Positions 21,801-32,289 of a stretch of DNA of 32,954 nucleotides are shown here, one piece after another (position 1 is the stretch's first letter; the number at the start of each line of letters is the position of its first letter). The notes beneath the pieces were generated by a model that worked only from the letters and a program-made list of their open reading frames with translations, did not search any database and was not told the origin of the DNA. Origin of the DNA: Dicyema japonicum (taxonomy: Eukaryota; Animalia; Dicyemida); contig RDEW01000020.1 of NCBI GenBank assembly GCA_011109175.1, positions 862,514 to 895,467 of the forward strand, in the 5' to 3' direction. A program made the translations under genes and the position numbers.

Positions 21801-22456
21801 GCCTCTAATTTGGTCATCAGAATTATACACTATCTACACCGGTCGTTTTTCTAGTTAGGAAGCCGTCTCACAACCTCAACAAATTTCCTGCGAAAATCAA
21901 AATTCCGTAAGATTGTGCCAGGAAAGGAGCGGTGCTATACGGTTTGGTCCACACATTTCCTCTTCATGTTTTAGCCTCCCTCATACTCCCCCATGTGGAA
22001 AGCATTTCGCGTCCTGAACATGCACTTCATGTAGGCGATGGTAAAATAATCTGCGATTAAATTCAAACAGATTATTTTATATCCTTCTCTAACACCGAGT
22101 GCAGGCTCTGTTTTAAGTACAGTTTTTCTCTTAAACAGACTTTCATAGGTATAGAGTTTTGTTCTATACTACTTATTTCCTCCTCTAACTCCCCCTATGC
22201 CCTCCTCAATTTTTTGAAATCCCATTTGTGAACACTGCGTTTACTAAGTAACCCTCCTAATATAGGAGGTGCTTTTCTTTTAACCCATCTGAGAACAATT
22301 CTTATACGCCATTCCAGCATGTCTATCTAAGCAAATTAACTTTAATTAATAAATCTAACTATAATTTAGGTACAGTTATCCGTAAGGATCGTCAGAGAGA
22401 ACCAGCTGGAGGCTTACTTACTATTGTGAAGAACGATGCCGTAAGCTTTCTTAAAT

Positions 22457-23420
22457 TTGGCAATTCTCAACATTTGCCGGAGGACAGTTAACGCTATCTT
22501 AAAGAGTAATGAGTTAATTTTGGAACAAATCAAAACTAAAAATTCGTCAACAAAAACAGTCAAAAGTTTAAGTTCCAGGAATTTGATGAAAAGTTTGAGT
22601 GGATGGATTCGATGGAATCAAAAGGTATTCTTAATGTTTTTAAATTTTAAGGTGCATAGAATTTCAGCTTAGAGTATTATTTGGCATGCAGTGGCCAGCC
22701 AGAATCTCGAATACCGGTATTTACAAAAATGCAAGAGTAGGCCTCTAAGCCTGGAAATCAGTGACGCCCGGTGGAGACTGTTTGGTCACGTACTACGCAT
22801 GGATCTTGCTGCCCCAGCTAATGTGGCGATGGAGGACCATTTCATGTTCGAGGGCAAATGCTTCCGTGGCAGACCAAGGATGACCCTACCTATCATGCTG
22901 CACAAAGACCTCCAAAGAATAAAGAAATGCCTAAAGACGGGAGACGATCTGGACATGCTGAGATCGACTGCGTGTAACCGTGGAGGATGGAAGAGGCTAA
23001 CTAATAACATTGTTTCTTGTATTGCACATGCTTTGCTATAACTATTATGGCAAGGCGATAAGTGCTGTAATAATAGAATTTCAAGAAGTTTCAAAGTCAT
23101 ATAGTTGCGATCAGATTTATAATTTAAATGAAATTGGGATTTTTTACGTGCTTATTCCATCCAGGAATATCTGCAAGACTCCGTTCGCAGGATACAAGAA
23201 CTTCAAAGATACAGTATCTGTGATGTTATGCGCAAATATGTCTGGAAATCATAAATTAAATCCTTTATTGATTAGAAAATCAAAAATGCCAAGGTTTTTC
23301 AAAAAATTGGTTTATTACAAAAATGTATAAGTGAATTATGATTGTCCTCAAATTCCTAGAAGGAAAGAATATAGGCTCAGTAAATTGTCTGAATCTTTTG
23401 AGTTTGAAAATGAAAAACAA
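22457..23420 (+). mobile_element. pogo/Tigger transposase relic interrupted by an RTE insertion
   Basis: LNICRRTVNAILK..MKSLSGW (HTH) and YSCDQIYNLNEIGIFY..GYKNFKDTVSVMLCANMSGNHKLNPLLIRKSKMPR (pogo DDE_1). Confidence 0.8.
22667..23072 (+). mobile_element. 5'-truncated RTE LINE with 11-bp target-site duplication
   Basis: RWRLFGHVLRM..RGRPRMTLP..NRGGWKRL; ATAGAATTTCA at 22656-22666 and 23073-23083. Confidence 0.9.
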
Positions 23421-24169
23421 TTATATTTTTGGTTAAAGAATTTTTAAATGCCGATATTGCAATTCAGAAAATAGGGAATAGTTATATAAAAAGCTATTTG
23501 TTAAATTAAATAATCATGTCCCTTCAACTACAGCACGCCGAATAAATATACTGTTGGCTCAAAAGGTGTTGTCATTACTTGTGTGATTTTGTTTTCATTT
23601 ATTTCATCAAGATAAGATCCATCCATCAATTACTATTTGGATAAAATTTCATTGTTACATTAGTCATTTTATGCTAAAATGATGAACAATTCCTCTGAAT
23701 GAGTAAATTTTTCCTTTTTATGTCTTTTTCATGTCCTCTCCAATGTCAGTCATTTCGATTAATTTCATCTCAGACAATGTAAAACTATTTTTTTTACAAT
23801 TCAAGAAAGATATTAAATTAATAATGTTATTTTTTATAGGTACAATAAAAAAATGAAAAATCCTCCAACGGACGGAGACAATTGATATTAAAAACGACCT
23901 TTTCACATTTTTATGGTAAAACGAAAAGAATATTCTTTTTAGCTAAAACAAATATATTTTGGAGATGTTGTAAAGGGGTGTTAATTTTATGTGTCTGAGA
24001 GGCTTTTGCAAAATACTCGCGCGACAAATATATCGCCGATCTGATCGATTTGGAAGTTATTCTGATAAAATTCAAAGGAAGTAGTTGAAACTCTCCAAAA
24101 ATTTTTTGTACATATGAATAGAAGAAAAATGCAAGTGAGTTCGTTACTTTTTCTTGGTCGGAAAATGAA

Positions 24170-24669
24170 GTTAAAAGGAGAAAGGTTCAATAAATTTAAT
24201 TTAAGGATGTCGAGTTTTCCAATCTAGCGGAGGAGAAAATGTTAAAAAAATAGTTGCGGAAAAACGATTTAACGGTTTTCAAAATTGTCGACAGGGTTGT
24301 TAGAAGAGTACGCATTGACACAAATATAAAAACTCAGTTAAAAGGAGAAAGGTTCAATAAATTTAATTTAAGGATGTCGAGTTTTCCAATCTAGCGGAGG
24401 AGAAAATGTTAAAAAAATAGTTGCGGAAAAACGATTTAACGGTTTTCAAAATTGTCGACAGGGTTGTTAGAAGAGTACGCATTGACACAAATATAAAAAC
24501 TCAGTTAAAAGGAGAAAGGTTCAATAAATTTAATTTAAGGATGTCGAGTTTTCCAATCTAGCGGAGGAGAAAATGTTAAAAAAATAGTTGCGGAAAAACG
24601 ATTTAACGGTTTTCAAAATTGTCGACAGGGTTGTTAGAAGAGTACGCATTGACACAAATATAAAAACTC
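24170..24669. repeat. 167-bp unit, three essentially identical tandem copies
   Basis: Units start at 24170, 24337 and 24504 (gttaaaaggagaaagg...aaaaactca). Confidence 0.95.
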
Positions 24670-24772
24670 GTAGAAGTTCTCTGAATGAGCATATGGACAT
24701 CAATATTTATTACGTTAGAGAAATCTTTCCCACTGGGATGATAATACTAATTTGAATTATTATGTCAGGCTT

Positions 24773-24877
24773 CGGACAGGAGGGGATGGGAAAGGCTAAT
24801 TAAGAGGATTGTTCAGACGCGGCACGAATAGAATTATAGTTTATATGATTCTATGTAGTTGCTTATAATAATAATAA
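24773..24877 (+). mobile_element. 105-bp RTE 3' tip with (TAA)n tail and 12-bp TSD
   Basis: DRRGWERLIKRIVQTRHE*; TATGTCAGGCTT at 24761-24772 and 24878-24889. Confidence 0.8.
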
Positions 24878-24904
24878 TATGTCAGGCTTGTATGTTAAGA
24901 CATC

Positions 24905-25318
24905 TGAAAAGTTTTGTGAAGGACCTCTCAGTGCTGTTCGACAAGCGGTTCTTCAACCATTTGTTAAGGCAGACCAAATTTTGTTGCAGTCTTAAAGTGG
25001 CAGTCTGGATGTCCGGATAAAGGGAAACAATGACGATGCTGTCGTAATAAGTGAGAAGAACATAATTTTCGACATCAGGAGTAACGAGATGGCCATTATA
25101 GGTCGAATAACAAAGGAGACAAAGGGGATCGTTGACGAAAACCATTCGGGAAAAGCCGGAAAATAGATTTTGACTATCCAATGGAGACACCTCCCTCCGA
25201 CCGCTAAGGAAGTTAGCTAACCAGAGTTTAAGCTTTCCAGTGATCTCTACATGATGTGTGAACGTAATCAGATGGTCGAATGTGACTCCGAGGATTGAGA
25301 GATTCTTGGGATAAGTTC
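24905..25318 (-). mobile_element. I-like LINE RT fragment with permuted domain order
   Basis: ILGVTFDHLITFTHHVE precedes GKLKLWLANFLSGRR..NGFRQRSPLSPLLF..LQQNLVCLNKW; homologous to 9625-10085. Confidence 0.8.
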
Positions 25319-25514
25319 TAAAGTCCAAGTTTTTTAAGATCTAACCACGTATGATAACAGTAGTGGTCAACTTACCAGAAAGGCAATTTACATCAATAAT
25401 TTTAAAATTTAAATTTATTGAATCAAAAAACATCGTCAATTAAAGTAAAATTTTGACTAATTTATAATATTTTAATATTTATTTTTTGAAATTGTTTTAC
25501 AATATGGCGAACCT

Positions 25515-25660
25515 TCGGGGGAAAATTGGCCCACCGCAAGAAAGACGTGGGGAAAGCGGTCTGGCTGAGGCAAAGAATTGGTATCGCAGTTATTCGCGGA
25601 AACGCTTACTCCGTGATGTCAGCAGCCGCTCTCCCCCATAGTTAATAATAATATTTTATT
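25515..25660 (+). mobile_element. CRE 3' terminal fragment
   Basis: GKLAHRKKDVGKAVWLRQRIGIAVIRGNAYSVMSAA. Confidence 0.75.
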
Positions 25661-25719
25661 GATAATAAATTTTTGTTTAAAAAGACATCTGTTGAATATG
25701 ATAATCTAAAAATTATTCT

Positions 25720-26180
25720 GAAGGAGGCTTACCTTCTGATGTGCCTGCATATGCTATGTGCAGGATCCGAAAAAAGTCCAAGAGATTCGTTCTTAAAGGA
25801 GGAAGAATGTATCTAAAAGACCAGAGGCGATAAATTGGTTATTGTTTCGGACAACGTTGAGGAAATGAAGTTTGTCGCTACTCAATATCAGGATTTAACA
25901 CATTGTGGCCAAAACATCCTAGAAGCATATTTAAAAAAACGATACTTTTTTGTGAAAAAAGATGTTATTCGCGATGTTGTTTTTAATTGTGAGATATGTC
26001 TTTTTGCCAGAAATCTTAAGGAATATGATGAAGAAAATCATATAATTGCAACTCGGCCCAATGAGAGATCTGAGAACAGATTTAATTGATCTGAAAAACT
26101 CACATGTCACTGCAATTTGCAAGAAATATAACATTATTCAAATTCATTCACGTCCAAACAACCCACGTAGTCAAGGAATA
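25720..26180 (+). mobile_element. Ginger/KRBA2-like integrase relic
   Basis: DLTHCGQN..RYFFVKKDVIRDVVFNCEIC (zinc finger), IIATRPNER..LIDL, IHSRPNNPRSQG. Confidence 0.7.
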
Positions 26181-26420
26181 CAATTGAATTATTTTTTTAG
26201 GAATTGTAGAAAGATTCAATAAGACAATCACTTAAACGTTGTCGAAAATGTTATGTTATCGGATGATCAAAATAAATGTTCGAGAAAACAGATGTTCAAC
26301 AGGTTGTATGGCGTTATATATAAATTAGGCGACAATCCGTTTCGTCGTTGCAGAGGCATCAAAGGATTTAATCCAATTCTCCCTTATGTAGGCTACATTG
26401 AATTGAAGCATTAAAAAATG

Positions 26421-26937
26421 AAATTAGAAAAACTGATCACAGTAAATACAGAAAAAATCAAATAGTGGAGAATAATCCATATTTATAGGTCACCAAAAAA
26501 TATATATTTAATAGACATTTCGATAACAGAATCCAACACTATATGATGATTTCAATAATATATATAATATTGTGCTAACGGCGATTGCAAAACGTTAATC
26601 CAATAGGGTGAAACGGTAACAACCCTTGTCTTGTTCGTGAACAATTTCAGCTCTGAGGGGGATTATCTTGTAAGGAAGGATTCCTTTCATGCAATAATAC
26701 GACAAAAAAATGCAATAAAATAGAAAACACACCACCAACCACAATAACGTGGCAACTGCACGCCATTTGATATACAAATATATTAATAGGTTCGCCATAT
26801 TGTAAAACAATTTTTAAAAATAAATAAATATTAAATTAATATAAAGATTCTTTTCCTCGACTCTCAATGTCCGGGGGCTTTCCATTATATGAAAAGAATA
26901 AAACTCTGTGAAGACCTACCAAAATACGAAATATCGT
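26421..26937. repeat. Unclassified dispersed repeat, copy 2, carrying a viral insert
   Basis: Matches 19298-19719; truncated by the RTE at 26938. Confidence 0.9.
26571..26694 (-). other. Narnavirus-like RdRp EVE fragment (124 bp)
   Basis: Reverse complement aligns to 32769-32898; encodes ILPYKIIPLRAEIVHE and, after an 8-nt deletion, NKTRVVTVSPYWINVLQSPLA. Confidence 0.7.
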
Positions 26938-27715
26938 GCTGACGATACAACCTTATTGGCTGGAACAGAGGATGGCCTCAGGGAGTTGATTCTAAGATTC
27001 AGAGAAGAGAGCGGCGTTTTTGGTTTATTGCTAAATATCAAGAAGACCAAAATTATGACTACTGCTATAATGGAATAATGGAATTAAAAATTGGGAATGA
27101 GAAAATAGAGAGTTGCAAATAATGTTTTCTTTCTGGGATGTATAATTAATCGGAATGGTGACGGAGGCCTAGAAATCAAGAGGCGAATTGCCATGGGACG
27201 AGACACCTTCCAGAGAATGAATAGATTTTGGAAAAACAAAGATATTTCAGATTAGATGCAGATTAGTTAATGCAATCGTGTTCCCGGTTTTTTTGTACGG
27301 CGCAGAATTATGGACATTGAAAAAGGCGGATAGGCGAAGAATTAATGCTTTTGAGCTGTGGTGCTGGAGGAGGTTACTAAGAATCCCTTGGACCTCCAAA
27401 GTAACAACCATCAATGTACTCAAACGGGTAGAGACTGACATTTCGCTAGAGGGAAGAATCGTAAAACACAGATTGGCGTTCTTTTGGCAAGTTGTCCGCT
27501 CTGATTCACTGAAAAGAACCATTATGCTGAGCAATATTACTGGGAATAGAAGACCTGGCCGACCAAGGACTCGGTGGCTATCCACGGTGGAAGACGTCAC
27601 GGGAATGCCTATAAAAGCTACTCCACATTGCAACGAATCGGGGAGAGTGGAGGAAACTCGTTCATGAGATCTCCAAGGGTCGGTCACGACTAAATTGGAC
27701 AACATAACATAACAT
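26938..27715 (+). mobile_element. 5'-truncated RTE (BovB-like) LINE with (AACAT)3 tail
   Basis: ADDTTLLA..GLLLNIKKTKIM, EIKRRIAMG, FPVFLYGAELWTLKKADRRRINAFELWCWRRLLRIPW, RRPGRPRTRWL. Confidence 0.92.
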
Positions 27716-27717
27716 GG

Positions 27718-30640
27718 CCAATCCAATCTTTTGTCTAAGTCTTAACCCTTCAAGTTGATCCCTTTCGTTTTTGGCAAGCATTCCTCCGAGTTCTCGCAAG
27801 AACTCAGCCGTCATTCGACCAACGGCTCCCGATGATTCGGTCGCAACAGGAGTAAATCGGTAGCGATCCCCGAGGCAAGAATATTTCTTGATTTTTAGGT
27901 TCTCCGCAGTCGAAGCAGCTGCTCCAGGTGTTTAAACCGATTTGTAAATATTCGTGCTTGAGAACGTGTCTACACAAGTTGCGTCCCAGACCAAAGATCT
28001 TCCAGACGTGAAGGGGAAAAGGGTTATCCCGTCAGGTTTCTTTTCATCTCCTCGATCAAGACCCACTGGTTCAAGCTGTGTTGGGAAGCCTGTTGCTTTC
28101 AGAGCTCTGACGATCACATCGTTCAGAGCAGCATGACGTGGTCCTCTTCCGGCGTTTCTTCTGCAGGACAGCGTGCAATCCTTCATCGACTGTTTTCCCG
28201 CATCGACATCGATGCTCCTGGCAAACGTCTAGTCCCAGCTTTTATCCGATTCCAATCCTCAAAGAATCGTCGTCCAAAAAGGTCCCGAGGTTTGGGCAAG
28301 GTATTGCACCAAGCCATGCTCCACTCTCCACTTGAAGCTGACCAAACAAGCCAGACGATGTTGATTTGCTTCTTTTTTAAGGTCTTCCAAAATTTTGGAG
28401 CAGACAATGTTATCCCAATTACATTGCTTTGTTGTGTCTTCGGGGATTTTGAGTCCGGACCCGTTCCATTTCCGACAAGCTATGTCAAATGACTCATTGC
28501 AGCGAAGTCCAATAGTGTTATGAAGGACTTTCTGTGTCAGATGGATGCAGCTTGAGAGAGACGATAGATATGCCGGGCATGCAACCTTCAGCGCCGATTT
28601 TAGACCGACAACCCCAAATCCAGAGGGAAGTTTAAATTGCTTTCAACCAAGTTAGTCGAAGCGGACGTTAATTAGTGACTCAACAGTTTCTTTGAGAGAT
28701 TGTCTAGTCTATGAAAGTAGATGTCGTATTGTTCGTAGCAGGGTGAACATCGGAGTAGATTCAAAAGCTTTGGTAGTCCGATGTTGTTTCTCATCAGGAA
28801 AAGGATGTGTGAGAGTCAAGACATGACAATCTTTTCGCGAGGCGTGTTAATTCTTCATTTTTAGAAAGTAGATGGTTCTTGAGTTCTTCTTGGCTGAGCG
28901 GGCATTCGAGAAATTATAATATATCAGCTGGCACAGTCGGGATCCCAGGAAGCTGTTCGTTAAAATACTCCTTGATAGGTAGAAAGTCGGTGTATGGATA
29001 TGAGACATTTATTAGCTCTGATTTGTTAACAATGGTGTCCAAGTCCAAGTGTTTTAATGCGGGTAACGCTTTACGTAATGAATTGCATGTTTCCTTGAAT
29101 GATCCTCCGATTGTGGCATCGTCGAGATACCAGAGATTTAGCTGTGCGTCAATTGATTCACAACCTCATCAATAGTCAAAGCAAATAAGAGAGGTCCGAG
29201 CGGATCTCCTTGTTGACACCCGTTTTTGATTTAATAATTTCATTTTCAAAAACCAAAGACGTATCTTCCCCATAGGATAGATTGACAAGAGGGAAAAGCT
29301 TTGGAGCCCTCTTCCAACACGTTTTCATAATTTCGTCTCTTCTGAGAAAATTAAATGCATTCGTTATGTCCAACTTGATTTCAATGCATTCATTTGAAAT
29401 ATTTTTCTGTGTGAAGAAACGCCTTGCTGCATGAACGCAACCTCACATCCGTTCTGGATACTAACACCCATTTGTTTAGGAAAGAACTCCTCTCCGAGTT
29501 GTCGGCTCACCATGGTCGATGCTACTTTTGCTGCAAGTCTTCTAAAATAGTTCCCGACCGCAATGGGGCGGATTCCTCCGTTGGGTTTTTTGAAAGCAAG
29601 TAGCCTTGCAGAGAAGAGCAATTCTCTGGCATATTTTGGGATGTCGCCGTTAACCATTTTTCTGATTAGGTCCGTAATTGATTTGACAAGACACCGTCCA
29701 GCTTCCGAGGTGTAAGTGGACGTAAGGTCCTTAATATGGCCAGGACGTAACCCTTCCAAGCCTCCACTGCTGCTAGCGCGAAGGAAGTTATTCCGTGGCG
29801 CACTTCGGATTCAGTAATGATATCTCCTGGGTTCCTTCAGGATTCAAAAACTTTTCATAGTCAGTCGGTGCATCTGGATGCTTTAGTATTAAGGTATTTA
29901 GGACCTCGGGGGTACAAGACAATACTGTGTCATCGGACGTGATAACCGCAAGCTGCCCGCACGTCGCCCTCCAGAAGTTTCCGGTTTACTCTCTCCTTTA
30001 GTTTGTTGGGAGCATCTTTGGTGTATGCTCCTCTGGTTTCGAACTCATTGACATTAAGTGGTTGTTCAAGTATTGCGTGTATGTTATGACAGCTAAAATT
30101 AATTATGTTTCGTTTCAGTTTCCCGGATAAGTTGAGCCGGGAATTTGATTCTCTATTACTATCCTCAGATTCCTTTGTAGGTATTCCGAGTGCGACAGAT
30201 GCAAAGTATATAAGTTTTAGCCAGAATTCCTAAATGTCAGAGATAGTGCGTGATCAATGGCATTTGAAAGACACGTTGCTGCAGCAATTCGTAGTCCTTT
30301 AGGGATTTTTACTGGGATCTTCATGGCTTTCCGGAGGTTTGAGATCTTCGAGAGCGTGTGGTCTGTATGTGGCAGTGTAAAGTTTGCTGAGCTATTTTTT
30401 CCCGCCTGGGGGCCTCATTCCAATACAAGATGGGCACAGCCAACTCGACAGTCTCTCGGCGCAAGCTTTACTCATTTTTATGCATCCCAAATGGACGAAT
30501 GATTCACATAGTGTGCAGTTTATTCCAAATTTCCTTTTATATGATTGTCCACATAAAAGACATACCTGATTTCTCCGTACTGGCTTTATTCCTCGTACTT
30601 CGTCTTCTTTTCGTTCTTTATTTTCCATCTGAGATTATCG
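27718..30640 (-). mobile_element. Near full-length CRE-clade LINE: PHD finger + RT + CCHC/RLE endonuclease, frameshifted
   Basis: N-terminal C4HC3; IPKGLRIAAA; GDVRAA; EGLRPGHIKDL; GGIRPIAVGNYFRRLAAK; DITNAFN; WYLDD; RHAALNDVI; KKPDGITLFPF..LVWDATCVDT. Confidence 0.93.
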
Positions 30641-30692
30641 TTGATCACACCACACCACCTGTTTTTAATTTCTTAAAATGTTAATTAATTGA

Positions 30693-31832
30693 TTTTTTTT
30701 AAATAACAATTTATTGAAGAATAAAACCAAATAGTTAAAGGCTACTGGCTGCTCTCAGGATTGAGAGCGCATTTCCCCTTACGATATGTAAGGAGATGCG
30801 CTCAATGAGCCAGCCCTTCTCTCTGACATCCCTCCACCTTTTAGCGACTAACGATCCAATTTTGTTGAGCAGGGCTAACGACCTGCTTCCTATGACTTCC
30901 GAAGTTTCCACTGCGAATGGTTCAAATGTGTACTGCTCGCCGAGGCATGTGTACTTCTTTGCTTTAAGTATTTCTGCTTTCTCTGAAGCTGATCCTGGAT
31001 TTGTCGCACTCATTGTAATATTGGAAGGGGAGAAGCTATCTACGCAGGTGGCATCCCAGGCTAGGTACTTCCCAGCATCCCACGGGAACAGAGTCGCTCC
31101 ATCCGGCTTTCTGTTTGCCGTGGCAAGTACTAGGGGCTCCATCTGGACAGGGAATCTGGCAGCTTCTAGTCCCCACGCAATTGCACTATGTCTCAGGCTT
31201 TTTCCAGCGCTCCTTCGGCAGGAAAGTGCGTGGAGTCCTTTCGCGTCGACTATTCCTCCACATCTACAGCGATGGATTGCGCAAACATCGATTCCGAGGC
31301 GGACGCAAACCCCAATCCTCGTGGAGTCATCGTCCAGAAAAGTTCCGAGTGAAATGCACGGTGATACTTTGAGCCATGCACCACTTACGTTTGTTGATGC
31401 GGTAGCCAGACAAGCCAGACGATGCTGGTCGTGTTGTGGTTTTAGCTCATCGATGGTCCTCGAACATACAAGTTCGTTCCAGTCTCGTTGTTTGTTGAAG
31501 TTCTTCTGGAGTCCCAGATTAAGTCCAATCCAAACATCGTGAGCCATGCATGCCATTGGTTCAGTTAAGTCCAATCCAACATCCGATCCGTTAATGTAGC
31601 GTAGGATCTGGTGAACTAGACCGCGGGAAGCATATGTCGAAGACAAAATGGCTGGGAGGGCGAGTTCAAGTGGCGAGCGTATCCCAATTCCTCCATAACG
31701 AAGTGGTAACTTGCATTGGGTCCACCCTGCTTTATCCAGAGAGATGTTAAGTGTTTCTTCAACAGAGGTCCTCAGCTTCTCATTGATAACTCTCAAGAAA
31801 TCCATGTCTGTGAAACATGGGGATGTCCGTAG
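30693..31832 (-). mobile_element. 5'-truncated CRE-clade LINE, open 356-aa C-terminal ORF (30735-31805), AATAAA and short poly(A)
   Basis: WTQCKLPLRYGGIGIRSP, CRCG..HALSC, RH, KPDGATLFPW..AWDATCVDS, ISLHIVRGNA. Confidence 0.93.
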
Positions 31833-32289
31833 AAAAAAAAGGAGTTAATTGATTATAACTTAAAATTTTATAGCATTCGGGAGTCGTACTTTGATAATAT
31901 TAGAACCACAAAGTGAGAAATTGATTCGTTTCTACCTTGAGTTTCAAGTTCTTCGTCATTTTAATTCAATGAGTTCTTGTATTAACTCTTCTGTATCTAA
32001 CCCTGATAAAAACCACAGATTTATCGTCCAATCTGCAATATTCCAATAAATTAATGTTATTTTATTTATGCCATTAAAACAGATTGATTAATCAAATTAG
32101 AGAAATAATTAAGGAAATGTCCGAGATCTACATCGTCTTAACAATTCTTGCATTATGTAGTTACTGAATGGAATATTTTTTTAATAATTCGGAAGATTTT
32201 TTGTCGGAATATGGTTATAAACAATTATACACAGGGAATACAACTCCTAGCAGTCGAATGAGGATTACCTATGTAAACTAGAATGAAGA

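Noticed and set aside
24170-24669. CRISPR array
   Set aside because: Units are fully identical 167-mers with no unique spacers; eukaryotic context and no cas genes.
30796-31542. 248-aa antisense ORF (and similar ORFs at 3778-4251, 27247-27726, 8750-8941) as real genes or a narnavirus-style ambigrammatic frame
   Set aside because: They are reverse-strand shadows of recognisable coding sequence with no motifs of their own; the EVE's reverse frame is interrupted by stops.
31900-32050. Possible pogo C-terminal acidic relic on the minus strand (DTEELIQELIEL)
   Set aside because: Single low-complexity motif, insufficient to call.
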